64,000 bases of DNA from the human T2T-CHM13v2.0 reference genome, Homo sapiens, in NCBI RefSeq assembly GCF_009914755.1, contig NC_060925.1. One strand, given 5' to 3'. The translations under genes were made by a program, and so were the position numbers. The notes under the pieces are model-generated. The model saw only the letters and a list, made by a program, of their open reading frames with translations. It was not told the origin of the DNA and searched no databases. Below are positions 28,701 through 43,306 of the stretch, one piece after another. Positions within the stretch are counted from its first letter, which is position 1. Each line of letters begins with the position of its first letter.

Positions 28701-31700
28701 AGCATCTCACAGCCTGCAGCAGCACCCACACCCCCAGGTGAGCATCCGACAGCCTGGAGCAGCACCCACACCCCCAGGCGAGCATCGGACATCGTGGAAC
28801 AGCACCCCACACCCCCAGGTGAGCATCTGACAGCTTGGAACAGAACTCCACACCCACAGGTGAGCATCTGACAGCCTGGAGCAGCACCCCACACCCCCAG
28901 GGGAGCATCTGACAGTCTGGAACAGCACTCCACACCCCCAGGTGAGCATCTGACATCCTGGAACAGCACCCCACGCCCCCAGGTGAGCATCTGACAGCCT
29001 GGAACAGCACCCCACACCCCTAGATGAGCATCTGACAGCCTGGAGCAGAACCCCACACCCCCAGGTGAGCATTCGACAGCCTGGAACAGCACCCATACCC
29101 CCAGGCGAGCATCTGACAGCCTGGAGCAGCATGCACACCCCCAGGCGAGCATCTGACAGCCTGGAGCAGCACCCACACCCCCAGGCGAGCATCTGACAGC
29201 CTGGAGCAGCACCCACACCCCCAGGTGAGCCTCTGACAGCCTGGAGCAGCACCCACACCCCCAGGCGAGCATCTGACAGCCTGGAGCAGCACACACAACC
29301 CCAGGCGAGCATCTGACAGCCTGGAGCAGCGCCCACACCCCCAGGTGAGCATGTGACAGCCTGGAGCAGCGCCCACACCCCCGGGCGAGCATCTGACAGC
29401 CTGGAGCAGCACCCACACCCCCAGGTGAGCATCTGACAGCCTGGGGCGGTGCCCACAGCCCCAGGTGAGCATCTGACAGCCCGGAGCAGCGTCCACACCC
29501 CCAGGTGAGCATCTGGCAGCCTGGAGCAGCACCCACACCCCCAGGTGAGCATCTGACTGCCTGGAGCAGCACCCACACCCCCAGGTGAGCATCTGACAGC
29601 CTGGAGCAGCGCCCACACACCGAGGTGAGCATCTGACAGCCTGGAGCAGCGCCCACACCCCCAGGTGAGCATCTGACAGCGTGGAGCAGCGCCCACACCC
29701 CCAGGTGGGCATCTGACAGCCTGGAGCAGGCGCCCACAATCCCAGGTTAGCATCTGACAGCCTGGAGCAGCACCCACACCCCCAGTTGAGTAGCTGACAT
29801 CCTGGAGCTGCACCCATACCCCCAGGTGAGATCTGACAGCCTGGGGCAGCACCCACACCCCCAGGTGAGCATCTGGCAACCTGGAACAGCATCTACAGCC
29901 CCAGGTGACCATCTGACAGCCTGAAGCAGCACCCACACCCCCAGGTGAGCATGTGACCACATGGAATGTCATCCTCACCTCCAGGTGAGCATCGGACAGC
30001 CTGGAACAGAATTCTCAAGCCCCAGGTGAGGATCTGACAACCTGGAACAGAACCCCACTCTTCCAGGTGAGAATCTGACAGCATAAAACAGCACCCTGCA
30101 CCCCCAGGTGAGCATCTGACAGCCTGAAACAGCACCCTCCACCTTCAGGTGAGAATATGACAGCCTGAAACAGCACCCCGCACCCAGGCAAAAATCTGAC
30201 AGCATGGAACAAGACTACTGCCCCCAGGTGAGCATTTGACAGCCTGGGAAAGCACCCTCTACCCACACGTGAGCATCTGACAGCCTGGAAACCCCCCCAC
30301 TGCTTCCAGGTGAACATCTGATAGCCTGGAACAGAACCCCAGGCCTCCCAGTAAGCATCTGAAAGCAAGGAACAGCACTCTCACCCCCAGGGGAGCATCT
30401 GACAACCTAGAACAGCACCCTCACCCCGAGGTGGGCATCTGGCAGCATAAAACAGCACCCCTACTGGCAGATGAGCATATGACAGCCTGGAACAGCACCC
30501 ACACCCGCTGGCGAGAATCTGACAGCCTGGAGCAACACCCACACCCCCAGGTGAGCATCTGACAGCCTGGAGCAGCGCCCACACCCCCAGGTGAGCATCT
30601 TACAGCCTGGAGCAGCGCCCACACCCCCAGGTGAGCATCTGACAGCCTGGAGCAGCACCCACACTCCCAGGTGAGTATCTGACAGCCTGGAGTAGCACCC
30701 ACACCCCCAGGTGAGCATCTGACAGCCTGGAACAGCATCCACTCCCCCAGGTGAGCATCTGACCACATTGAATGGCATCCTCACCTCCAGGTGAGCATCT
30801 GACAGCCTGGAACCGCACCCACACCCCCAGGCGAGCATCTGACAGCCTGGAGCAGCACCCACACCCCCAGGTGAGCATCTGACAGCCTGGAGCAGCACCC
30901 ACACCCCCAGGGGAGCATCTGACCGCATGGAATGTCATCCTCACTTCCAGGTGAGCATCCGACAGCCTGGAGCAGCACCCACACCCCCAGGTGAGCATCT
31001 GACCGCATGGAATGGCATCCTCACCTCCAGGTGAGCATCCGACAGCCTGGAACAGAATTCTCCAACCACAGGTGAGGATCTGACAGCCTGGAACAGAACC
31101 CCACTCTTCCAGGTGAGAATCTGACGCATAAAACAGCACCCTGCAACCCCAGGTGAGCATCTGACAGTCTGGAACAGCATCCACACCCCCAGGCGAGCAT
31201 CTGACAGCCTGGAGCAGCACGCACACCCCCAGGCGAGCATCTGACAGCCTGGAGCAGCACACACAACCCCAGGCGAGCATCTGACAGCCTGGAGCAGCGC
31301 CCACACCCCCAAGTGAGCATGTGACAGCCTGGAGCAGTGCCCACACCCCCGGGCGAGCATCTGACAGCCTGGAGCAGCACCCACACCCCCAGGTGAGCAT
31401 CTGACAGCCTGGGGCAGTGCCCACAGCCCCAGGTGAGCATCTGACAGCCTGGAGCAGCGTCCACACCCCCAGGTGAGCATCTGGCAGCCTGGAGCAGCAC
31501 CCACACCCCCAGGTGAGCATCTGACAGCCTGGAGCAGCGCCCACACACTGAGGTGAGCATCTGACAGCCTGGGGCAGCACCCACACCCCCAGGTGAGCAT
31601 CTGGCAACCTGGAACAGCATCTACAGCCCCAGGTGACCATCTGACAGCCTGAAGCAGCACCCACACCCCCAGGTGAGCATGTGACCACATGGAATGTCAT

Positions 31701-34600
31701 CCTCACCTCCAGGTGAGCATCCGACAGCCTGGAACAGAATTCTCAAACCCCAGGTGAGGATCTGACAACCTGGAACAGAACCCCACTCTTCCAAGTGAGA
31801 ATCTGACAGCATAAAACAGCACCCTGCACCCCCAGGTGAGCATCTGACAGCCTGAAACAGCACCCTCCACCTTCAGGTGAGAATATGACAGCCTGAAACA
31901 GCACCCCACACCCCAGGCAAAAATCTGACAGCATGGAACAAGACCACTGCTCCCAGGTGAGCATTTGACAACTTGGGAAAGCACCCTCCACCCACACGTG
32001 AGCATCTGACAGCCTGGAAACACCCCCACTGCTTCCAGGTGAACATCTGATAGCCTGGAACAGAACCCCAGGCCTCCAAGTAAGCATCTGAAAGCACGGA
32101 ACAGCACTCTCACCCCCAGGGGAGCGTCTGACAACCTAGAACAGCACCTTCACCCCGAGGTGGGCATCTGGCAGCATAAAACAGCACCCCTACTGGCAGA
32201 TGAGCATATGACAGCCTGGAACAGCACCCACACCCCCAGGTGAGCATCTCACAGCCTGCAGCAGCACCCACACCCCCAGGTGAGCATCCGACAGCCTGGA
32301 GCAGCACCCACACCCCCAGGCGAGCATCGGACATCGTGGAACAGCACCCCACACCCCCAGGTGAGCATCTGACAGCTTGGAACAGAACTCCACACCCACA
32401 GGTGAGCATCTGACAGCCTGGAGCAGCACCCCACACCCCCAGGGGAGCATCTGACAGTCTGGAACAGCACTCCACACCCCCAGGTGAGCATCTGACATCC
32501 TGGAACAGCACCCCACGCCCCCAGGTGAGCATCTGACAGCCTGGAACAGCACCCCACACCCCTAGATGAGCATCTGACAGCCTGGAGCAGAACCCCACAC
32601 CCCCAGGTGAGCATTCGACAGCCTGGAACAGCACCCATACCCCCAGGCGAGCATCTGACAGCCTGGAGCAGCATGCACACCCCCAGGCGAGCATCTGACA
32701 GCCTGGAGCAGCACCCACACCCCCAGGCGAGCATCTGACAGCCTGGAGCAGCACGCACACCCCCAGGTGAGCCTCTGACAGCCTGGAGCAGCACCCACAC
32801 CCCCAGGCGAGCATCTGACAGCCTGGAGCAGCACACACAACCCCAGGCGAGCATCTGACAGCCTGGAGCAGCGCCCACACCCCCAGGTGAGCATGTGACA
32901 GCCTGGAGCAGCGCCCACACCCCCGGGCGAGCATCTGACAGCCTGGAGCAGCACCCACACCCCCAGGTGAGCATCTGACAGCCTGGGGCGGTGCCCACAG
33001 CCCCAGGTGAGCATCTGACAGCCCGGAGCAGCGTCCACACCCCCAGGTGAGCATCTGGCAGCCTGGAGCAGCACCCACACCCCCAGGTGAGCATCTGACT
33101 GCCTGGAGCAGCGCCCACACCCCCAGGTGAGCATCTGACAGCCTGGAGCAGCGCCCACACACCGAGGTGAGCATCTGACAGCCTGGAGCAGCGCCCACAC
33201 CCCCAGGTGAGCATCTGACAGCGTGGAGCAGCGCCCACACCCCCAGGTGGGCATCTGACAGCCTGGAGCAGGCGCCCACAATCCCAGGTTAGCATCTGAC
33301 AGCCTGGAGAAGCACCCACACCCCCAGTTGAGTATCTGACATCCTGGAGCTGCACCCATACCCCCAGGTGAGATCTGACAGCCTGGGGCAGCACCCACAC
33401 CCCCAGGTGAGCATCTGGCAACCTGGAACAGCATCTACAGCCCCAGGTGACCATCTGACAGCCTGAAGCAGCACCCACACCCCCAGGTGAGCATGTGACC
33501 ACATGGAATGTCATCCTCACCTCCAGGTGAGCATCGGACAGCCTGGAACAGAATTCTCAAGCCCCAGGTGAGGATCTGACAACCTGGAACAGAACCCCAC
33601 TCTTCCAGGTGAGAATCTGACAGCATAAAACAGCACCCTGCACCCCCAGGTGAGCATCTGACAGCCTGAAACAGCACCCTCCACCTTCAGGTGAGAATAT
33701 GACAGCCTGAAACAGCACCCCGCACCCAGGCAAAAATCTGACAGCATGGAACAAGACTACTGCCCCCAGGTGAGCATTTGACAGCCTGGGAAAGCACCCT
33801 CTACCCACACGTGAGCATCTGACAGCCTGGAAACCCCCCCACTGCTTCCAGGTGAACATCTGATAGCCTGGAACAGAACCCCAGGCCTCCCAGTAAGCAT
33901 CTGAAAGCAAGGAACAGCACTCTCACCCCCAGGGGAGCATCTGACAACCTAGAACAGCACCCTCACCCCGAGGTGGGCATCTGGCAGCATAAAACAGCAC
34001 CCCTACTGGCAGATGAGCATATGACAGCCTGGAACAGCACCCACACCCGCTGGCGAGAATCTGACAGCCTGGAGCAACACCCACACCCCCAGGTGAGCAT
34101 CTGACAGCCTGGAGCAGCGCCCACACCCCCAGGTGAGCATCTTACAGCCTGGAGCAGCGCCCACACCCCCAGGTGAGCATCTGACAGCCTGGAGCAGCAC
34201 CCACACTCCCAGGTGAGTATCTGACAGCCTGGAGTAGCACCCACACCCCCAGGTGAGCATCTGACAGCCTGGAACAGCATCCACTCCCCCAGGTGAGCAT
34301 CTGACCACATTGAATGGCATCCTCACCTCCAGGTGAGCATCTGACAGCCTGGAACCGCACCCACACCCCCAGGCGAGCATCTGACAGCCTGGAGCAGCAC
34401 CCACACCCCCAGGTGAGCATCTGACAGCCTGGAGCAGCACCCACACCCCCAGGGGAGCATCTGACCGCATGGAATGTCATCCTCACTTCCAGGTGAGCAT
34501 CCGACAGCCTGGAGCAGCACCCACACCCCCAGGTGAGCATCTGACCGCATGGAATGGCATCCTCACCTCCAGGTGAGCATCCGACAGCCTGGAACAGAAT
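25710..34600. repeat. 3,542-bp higher-order repeat, ~2.5 near-identical copies
   Basis: Matching ORFs and GAATTC marker sites recur at +3,542: 26467/30009/33551, 27513/31055/34597, 28195/31737. Confidence 0.93.
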
Positions 34601-35545
34601 TCTCCAACCCCAGGTGAGGATCTGACAACCTGAAACAGAACCCCACTCTTCCAGGTGAGAATCTGACACCATAAAACAGCACTCTGCACCCCCAGGTGAG
34701 CATCTGACAGCCTGGAACAGCATCCACACCCCCAGGTGAGCATCTGACCGCATGGAATGGCATCCTCACCTCCAGGTGAGCATCCGACAGCCTGGAACAG
34801 AATTCTCCAACCACAGGTGAGGATCTGACAGCCTGGAACAGAACCCCACTCTTCCAGGTGAGAATCTGACGCATAAAACAGCACCCTGCAACCCCAGGTG
34901 AGCATCTGACAGTCTGGAACAGCATCCACACCCCCAGGCGAGCATCTGACTGTATGGAATGACATCCTCACATCCTGGTGAGCATCCGACAGCCTGGAAC
35001 AGAATTCTCCAACCCCAGGTGAGGATCTGACTACCTGGAACAGAACCCCGCTCTTCCAGGTGAGAATATGACAGAATAAAGCAGCACCCTGCACCCCCAG
35101 TTGAGCATCTGACAGCCTGGGGCAGCACCCACACTCCCAGGTGAGCATCTGACAGCCTGGAGCAGCACCCACACCCCCAGGTGTGCATCTGACAGCCTGA
35201 AACAGCACCCTCCACCACCAGATGAGCATCTGACAACCAGAACCTGCACCACACACCCCAAGGTGGGCATCCGATGGCATGGAACAGCACCCCCACTCAC
35301 AGGTGATGTGACTGCGTGGAACAGCACATCCCCTCAGGTGAGCATCTGACAGCATAAAACAGCACCCCACAACCCCAGGTGATCATTTGCCAGCCAGGAA
35401 CGGCAACCCACATCCCCAGGTAAGTGTCTGACAGCCTAGAGCGGCACCTGCACACTTAGGTAAGAATCTGAAAGCCTGGATCAACACTCGAACCTTCAGG
35501 TGAGCATCTGACAGCCTGGAGCAGCAGTGCCCACCCCTGGGTGAG

Positions 35546-35682
35546 GATGCTCACCTGAGGTTGGGAGTGCCATTCCAGGCTGCCAGATCCTCACCTGGGG
35601 ATGGAAGGTGCCATTGTAGGTTTTTGGATGTTCGCATGGGGGTGAAGGGTGGTGTTCCGGGTTATCAGATGCTCACCTGGGG
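35546..35682 (-). repeat. Inverted segment (~3.4 diverged units) inside the array, copy 1
   Basis: The + strand reads gatgctcacctgagg...cagatcctcacctgggg...cagatgctcacctgggg, the reverse complement of the array unit. Confidence 0.92.
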
Positions 35683-38600
35683 ACGCGTGGAAAACCATGC
35701 CCACCACAAGGTGAGCATATGACAGCCCGGAACAACACCCTCCACCCCCAGGTGAGCATCTGACAGCCTGGAACAGAACCCCACAACTTCAAATAAGAAT
35801 TTGATAAGTGGGGAAAAGCTCCCCGCCCTCAGGTGAGTGTCTGACAGCCTGGAACAGCACCCCACAACTGCAGGTGAGCATCTGATAGCCTGGATAGGCA
35901 CTCCACACAGCCAGGTGAGCAGCTGAAAGCCTGGAATGGTACCCCACATGCAGGTGAGCATCCGACAGCCTGGAACAGCAGCTCACATCCCCAGGTAAGA
36001 TTCCAACAGCATGGAACAAGACCACTGCCCCCAGGTGAGCATCTGGCAGCCTGGAAAAACAACCCCCTTCAGGTGAGCATCTGACAGCCTGGAACAGCAC
36101 CCTCCACCTTCAGGTGAGAATATGACAGCCTGAAACAGCACCCCACACCCCAGGCAAAAATCTGACAGCATGGAACAAGACCACTGCCCCCAGGTGAGCA
36201 TTTGACAGCCCGGGAAAGTACCCTCCATGCACAGGTGAGCATCTGACAGCCTGGAAACCCCCCCACTGCTTCCAGGTGAACATCTGATAGCCTGGAACAG
36301 AACCCCAGTTCTCCAAGTAAGGATCTGAAAGCACGGAACAGCACTCTCACCCCCAGGGGAGCATCTGACAACCTAGAACAGCACCCTCACCCCGAGGTGG
36401 GCATCTGGCAGCATAAAACAGCACCCCTACTGGCAGATGAGCATATGACAGCGTGGAACAGCACCCACGCACCCAGGTGAGCATCTGACAGCCTGGAACA
36501 GCACCCCACACCCCCAGGTGAGCATCTGACAGCCTGGAACAGCACCCACACCCCCAGGTGAGCATCTGACAGCCTGGAGCAGCACCCTACACCCCCAGGG
36601 GAGCATCTGACAGTCTGGAGCAGCACCCACACCCCCAGGTGAGCATCTGACATCCTGGAACAGCACCCCACGCCCCCAGGTGAGCACCTGACAGCCTGGA
36701 ACAGCACCCCACACCCCCAGGTGAGCATCTGACAGCCTGGAACAGCACCCACACCCCCAGGTGAGCATCTGACAGCCTGGAGCAGCACCCCACACCTCCA
36801 GGGGAGCATCTGACATCCTGGAACAGCACCCCACACCCCCAGTGAGCATCTGACAACCTGGAGCAGCACCCCACACCTCCAGGGGAGCATCTGACATCCT
36901 GGAACAGCACCCCACACCTCCAGGGGGAGCATCTGACAGCCTGGAACAGCACCCACACCCCCAGGTGAGCATCTGACAGCCTGGAGCAGCACCCTACACC
37001 CCCAGGGGAGCATCTGACAGTCTGGAGCAGCACCCACACCCCCAGGTGAGCATCTGACAGCCTGGAGCAGCGCCCACACCCCCAGGTGAGCATCTGACAG
37101 CGTGGAGCAGCGCCCACACCCCCAGGTGGGCATCTGACAGCCTGGAGCAGGCGCCCACAATCCCAGGTTAGCATCTGACAGCCTGGAGCAGCACCCACAC
37201 CCCCAGTTGAGTATCTGACATCCTGGAGCTGCACCCATACCCCCAGGTGAGATCTGACAGCCTGGGGCAGCACCCACACCCCCAGGTGAGCATCTGGCAA
37301 CCTGGAACAGCATCTACAGCCCCAGGTGACCATCTGACAGCCTGAAGCAGCACCCACACCCCCAGGTGAGCATGTGACCACATGGAATGTCATCCTCACC
37401 TCCAGGTGAGCATCGGACAGCCTGGAACAGAATTCTCAAGCCCCAGGTGAGGATCTGACAACCTGGAACAGAACCCCACTCTTCCAGGTGAGAATCTGAC
37501 AGCATAAAACAGCACCCTGCACCCCCAGGTGAGCATCTGACAGCCTGAAACAGCACCCTCCACCTTCAGGTGAGAATATGACAGCCTGAAACAGCACCCC
37601 GCACCCAGGCAAAAATCTGACAGCATGGAACAAGACTACTGCCCCCAGGTGAGCATTTGACAGCCTGGGAAAGCACCCTCTACCCACACGTGAGCATCTG
37701 ACAGCCTGGAAACCCCCCCACTGCTTCCAGGTGAACATCTGATAGCCTGGAACAGAACCCCAGGCCTCCCAGTAAGCATCTGAAAGCAAGGAACAGCACT
37801 CTCACCCCCAGGGGAGCATCTGACAACCTAGAACAGCACCCTCACCCCGAGGTGGGCATCTGGCAGCATAAAACAGCACCCCTACTGGCAGATGAGCATA
37901 TGACAGCCTGGAACAGCACCCACACCCGCTGGCGAGAATCTGACAGCCTGGAGCAACACCCACACCCCCAGGTGAGCATCTGACAGCCTGGAGCAGCGCC
38001 CACACCCCCAGGTGAGCATCTTACAGCCTGGAGCAGCGCCCACACCCCCAGGTGAGCATCTGACAGCCTGGAGCAGCACCCACACTCCCAGGTGAGTATC
38101 TGACAGCCTGGAGTAGCACCCACACCCCCAGGTGAGCATCTGACAGCCTGGAACAGCATCCACTCCCCCAGGTGAGCATCTGACCACATTGAATGGCATC
38201 CTCACCTCCAGGTGAGCATCTGACAGCCTGGAACCGCACCCACACCCCCAGGCGAGCATCTGACAGCCTGGAGCAGCACCCACACCCCCAGGTGAGCATC
38301 TGACAGCCTGGAGCAGCACCCACACCCCCAGGGGAGCATCTGACCGCATGGAATGTCATCCTCACTTCCAGGTGAGCATCCGACAGCCTGGAGCAGCACC
38401 CACACCCCCAGGTGAGCATCTGACCGCATGGAATGGCATCCTCACCTCCAGGTGAGCATCCGACAGCCTGGAACATAATTCTCCAACCCCAGGTGAGGAT
38501 CTGACAACCTGGAACAGAACCCCACTCTTCCAGGTGAGAATCTGACACCATAAAACAGCACCCTGCACCCCCAGGTGAGCATCTGACAGCCTGGAACAGC

Positions 38601-41600
38601 ATCCACACCCCCAGGTGAGCATCTGACCGCATGGAATGGCATCCTCACCTCCAGGTGAGCATCCGACAGCCTGGAACAGAATTCTCCAACCACAGGTGAG
38701 GATCTGACAGCCTGGAACAGAACCCCACTCTTCCAGGTGAGAATCTGACGCATAAAACAGCACCCTGCAACCCCAGGTGAGCATCTGACAGTCTGGAACA
38801 GCATCCACACCCCCAGGCGAGCATCTGACAGCCTGGAGCAGCACGCACACCCCCAGGCGAGCATCTGACAGCCTGGAGCAGCACACACAACCCCAGGCGA
38901 GCATCTGACAGCCTGGAGCAGCGCCCACACCCCCAAGTGAGCAGGTGACAGCCTGGAGCAGTGCCCACACCCCCGGGCGAGCATCTGACAGCCTGGAGCA
39001 GCACCCACACCCCCAGGTGAGCATCTGACAGCCTGGGGCAGTGCCCACAGCCCCAGGTGAGCATCTGACAGCCCGGAGCAGCGTCCACACCCCCAGGTGA
39101 GCATCTGGCAGCCTGGAGCAGCACCCACACCCCCAGGTGAGCATCTGACAGCCTGGAGCAGCGCCCACACACTGAGGTGAGCATCTGACAGCCTGGGGCA
39201 GCACCCACACCCCCAGGTGAGCATCTGGCAACCTGGAACAGCATCTACAGCCCCAGGTGACCATCTGACAGCCTGAAGCAGCACCCACACCCCCAGGTGA
39301 GCATGTGACCACATGGAATGTCATCCTCACCTCCAGGTGAGCATCCGACAGCCTGGAACAGAATTCTCAAACCCCAGGTGAGGATCTGACAACCTGGAAC
39401 AGAACCCCACTCTTCCAAGTGAGAATCTGACAGCATAAAACAGCACCCTGCACCCCCAGGTGAGCATCTGACAGCCTGAAACAGCACCCTCCACCTTCAG
39501 GTGAGAATATGACAGCCTGAAACAGCACCCCACACCCCAGGCAAAAATCTGACAGCATGGAACAAGACCACTGCTCCCAGGTGAGCATTTGACAACTTGG
39601 GAAAGCACCCTCCACCCACACGTGAGCATCTGACAGCCTGGAAACACCCCCACTGCTTCCAGGTGAACATCTGATAGCCTGGAACAGAACCCCAGGCCTC
39701 CAAGTAAGCATCTGAAAGCACGGAACAGCACTCTCACCCCCAGGGGAGCGTCTGACAACCTAGAACAGCACCTTCACCCCGAGGTGGGCATCTGGCAGCA
39801 TAAAACAGCACCCCTACTGGCAGATGAGCATATGACAGCCTGGAACAGCACCCACACCCCCAGGTGAGCATCTCACAGCCTGCAGCAGCACCCACACCCC
39901 CAGGTGAGCATCCGACAGCCTGGAGCAGCACCCACACCCCCAGGCGAGCATCGGACATCGTGGAACAGCACCCCACACCCCCAGGTGAGCATCTGACAGC
40001 TTGGAACAGAACTCCACACCCACAGGTGAGCATCTGACAGCCTGGAGCAGCACCCCACACCCCCAGGGGAGCATCTGACAGTCTGGAACAGCACTCCACA
40101 CCCCCAGGTGAGCATCTGACATCCTGGAACAGCACCCCACGCCCCCAGGTGAGCATCTGACAGCCTGGAACAGCACCCCACACCCCTAGATGAGCATCTG
40201 ACAGCCTGGAGCAGAACCCCACACCCCCAGGTGAGCATTCGACAGCCTGGAACAGCACCCATACCCCCAGGCGAGCATCTGACAGCCTGGAGCAGCATGC
40301 ACACCCCCAGGCGAGCATCTGACAGCCTGGAGCAGCACCCACACCCCCAGGCGAGCATCTGACAGCCTGGAGCAGCACGCACACCCCCAGGTGAGCCTCT
40401 GACAGCCTGGAGCAGCACCCACACCCCCAGGCGAGCATCTGACAGCCTGGAGCAGCACACACAACCCCAGGCGAGCATCTGACAGCCTGGAGCAGCGCCC
40501 ACACCCCCAGGTGAGCATGTGACAGCCTGGAGCAGCGCCCACACCCCCGGGCGAGCATCTGACAGCCTGGAGCAGCACCCACACCCCCAGGTGAGCATCT
40601 GACAGCCTGGGGCGGCGCCCACAGCCCCAGGTGAGCATCTGACAGCCCGGAGCAGCGTCCACACCCCCAGGTGAGCATCTGGCAGCCTGGAGCAGCACCC
40701 ACACCCCCAGGTGAGCATCTGACTGCCTGGAGCAGCGCCCACACCCCCAGGTGAGCATCTGACAGCCTGGAGCAGCGCCCACACACCGAGGTGAGCATCT
40801 GACAGCCTGGAGCAGCGCCCACACCCCCAGGTGAGCATCTGACAGCGTGGAGCAGCGCCCACACCCCCAGGTGGGCATCTGACAGCCTGGAGCAGGCGCC
40901 CACAATCCCAGGTTAGCATCTGACAGCCTGGAGCAGCACCCACACCCCCAGTTGAGTATCTGACATCCTGGAGCTGCACCCATACCCCCAGGTGAGATCT
41001 GACAGCCTGGGGCAGCACCCACACCCCCAGGTGAGCATCTGGCAACCTGGAACAGCATCTACAGCCCCAGGTGACCATCTGACAGCCTGAAGCAGCACCC
41101 ACACCCCCAGGTGAGCATGTGACCACATGCAATGTCATTCTCACCTCCAGGTGAGCATCGGACAGCCTGGAACAGAATTCTCAAGCCCCAGGTGAGGATC
41201 TGACAACCTGGAACAGAACCCCACTCTTCCAGGTGAGAATCTGACAGCATAAAACAGCACCCTGCACCCCCAGGTGAGCATCTGACAGCCTGAAACAGCA
41301 CCCTCCACCTTCAGGTGAGAATATGACAGCCTGAAACAGCACCCCGCACCCAGGCAAAAATCTGACAGCATGGAACAAGACTACTGCCCCCAGGTGAGCA
41401 TTTGACAGCCTGGGAAAGCACCCTCTACCCACACGTGAGCATCTGACAGCCTGGAAACCCCCCCACTGCTTCCAGGTGAACATCTGATAGCCTGGAACAG
41501 AACCCCAGGCCTCCCAGTAAGCATCTGAAAGCAAGGAACAGCACTCTCACCCCCAGGGGAGCATCTGACAACCTAGAACAGCACCCTCACCCCGAGGTGG

Positions 41601-43169
41601 GCATCTGGCAGCATAAAACAGCACCCCTACTGGCAGATGAGCATATGACAGCCTGGAACAGCACCCACACCCGCTGGCGAGAATCTGACAGCCTGGAGCA
41701 ACACCCACACCCCCAGGTGAGCATCTGACAGCCTGGAGCAGCGCCCACACCCCCAGGTGAGCATCTTACAGCCTGGAGCAGCGCCCACACCCCCAGGTGA
41801 GCATCTGACAGCCTGGAGCAGCACCCACACTCCCAGGTGAGTATCTGACAGCCTGGAGTAGCACCCACACCCCCAGGTGAGCATCTGACAGCCTGGAACA
41901 GCATCCACTCCCCCAGGTGAGCATCTGACCACATTGAATGGCATCCTCACCTCCAGGTGAGCATCTGACAGCCTGGAACCGCACCCACACCCCCAGGCGA
42001 GCATCTGACAGCCTGGAGCAGCACCCACACCCCCAGGTGAGCATCTGACAGCCTGGAGCAGCACCCACACCCCCAGGGGAGCATCTGACCGCATGGAATG
42101 TCATCCTCACTTCCAGGTGAGCATCCGACAGCCTGGAGCAGCACCCACACCCCCAGGTGAGCATCTGACCGCATGGAATGGCATCCTCACCTCCAGGTGA
42201 GCATCCGACAGCCTGGAACATAATTCTCCAACCCCAGGTGAGGATCTGACAACCTGGAACAGAACCCCACTCTTCCAGGTGAGAATCTGACACCATAAAA
42301 CAGCACTCTGCACCCCCAGGTGAGCATCTGACAGCCTGGAACAGCATCCACACCCCCAGGTGAGCATCTGACCGCATGGAATGGCATCCTCACCTCCAGG
42401 TGAGCATCCGACAGCCTGGAACAGAATTCTCCAACCACAGGTGAGGATCTGACAGCCTGGAACAGAACCCCACTCTTCCAGGTGAGAATCTGACGCATAA
42501 AACAGCACCCTGCAACCCCAGGTGAGCATCTGACAGTCTGGAACAGCATCCACACCCCCAGGCGAGCATCTGACTGTATGGAATGACATCCTCACATCCA
42601 GGTGAGCATCCGACAGCCTGGAACAGAATTCTCCAACCCCAGGTGAGGATCTGACTACCTGGAACAGAACCCCGCTCTTCCAGGTGAGAATATGACAGAA
42701 TAAAGCAGCACCCTGCACCCCCAGTTGAGCATCTGACAGCCTGGAACAGCACCCACACTCCCAGGTGAGCATCTGACAGCCTGGAGCAGTACCCACACCC
42801 CCAGGTGTGCATCTGACAGCCTGAAACAGCACCCTCCACCACCAGATGAGCATCTGACAACCAGAACCTGCACCACACACCCCAAGGTGGGCATCCGATG
42901 GCATGGGACAGCACCCCCACTCACAGGTGATGTGACTGCGTGGAACAGCACATCCCCTCAGGTGAGCATCTGACAGGATAAAACAGCACCCCACAACCCC
43001 AGGTGATCATTTGCCAGCCAGGAACGGCAACCCACATCCCCAGGTAAGTGTCTGACAGCCTAGAGCGGCACCTGCACACTTAGGTAAGAATCTGAAAGCC
43101 TGGATCAACACTCGAATCTTCAGGTGAGCATCTGACAGCCTGGAGCAGCAGTGCCCACCCCTGGGTGAG

Positions 43170-43306
43170 GATGCTCACCTGAGGTTGGGAGTGCCAGTCC
43201 AGGCTGCCAGATCCTCACCTGGGGATGGAAGGTGCCATTGTAGGTTTTTGGATGTTCGCATGGGGGTGAAGGGTGGTGTTCCGGGTTATCAGATGCTCAC
43301 CTGGGG
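43170..43306 (-). repeat. Inverted segment inside the array, copy 2
   Basis: Near-identical to 35546-35682 at +7,624. Confidence 0.92.
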
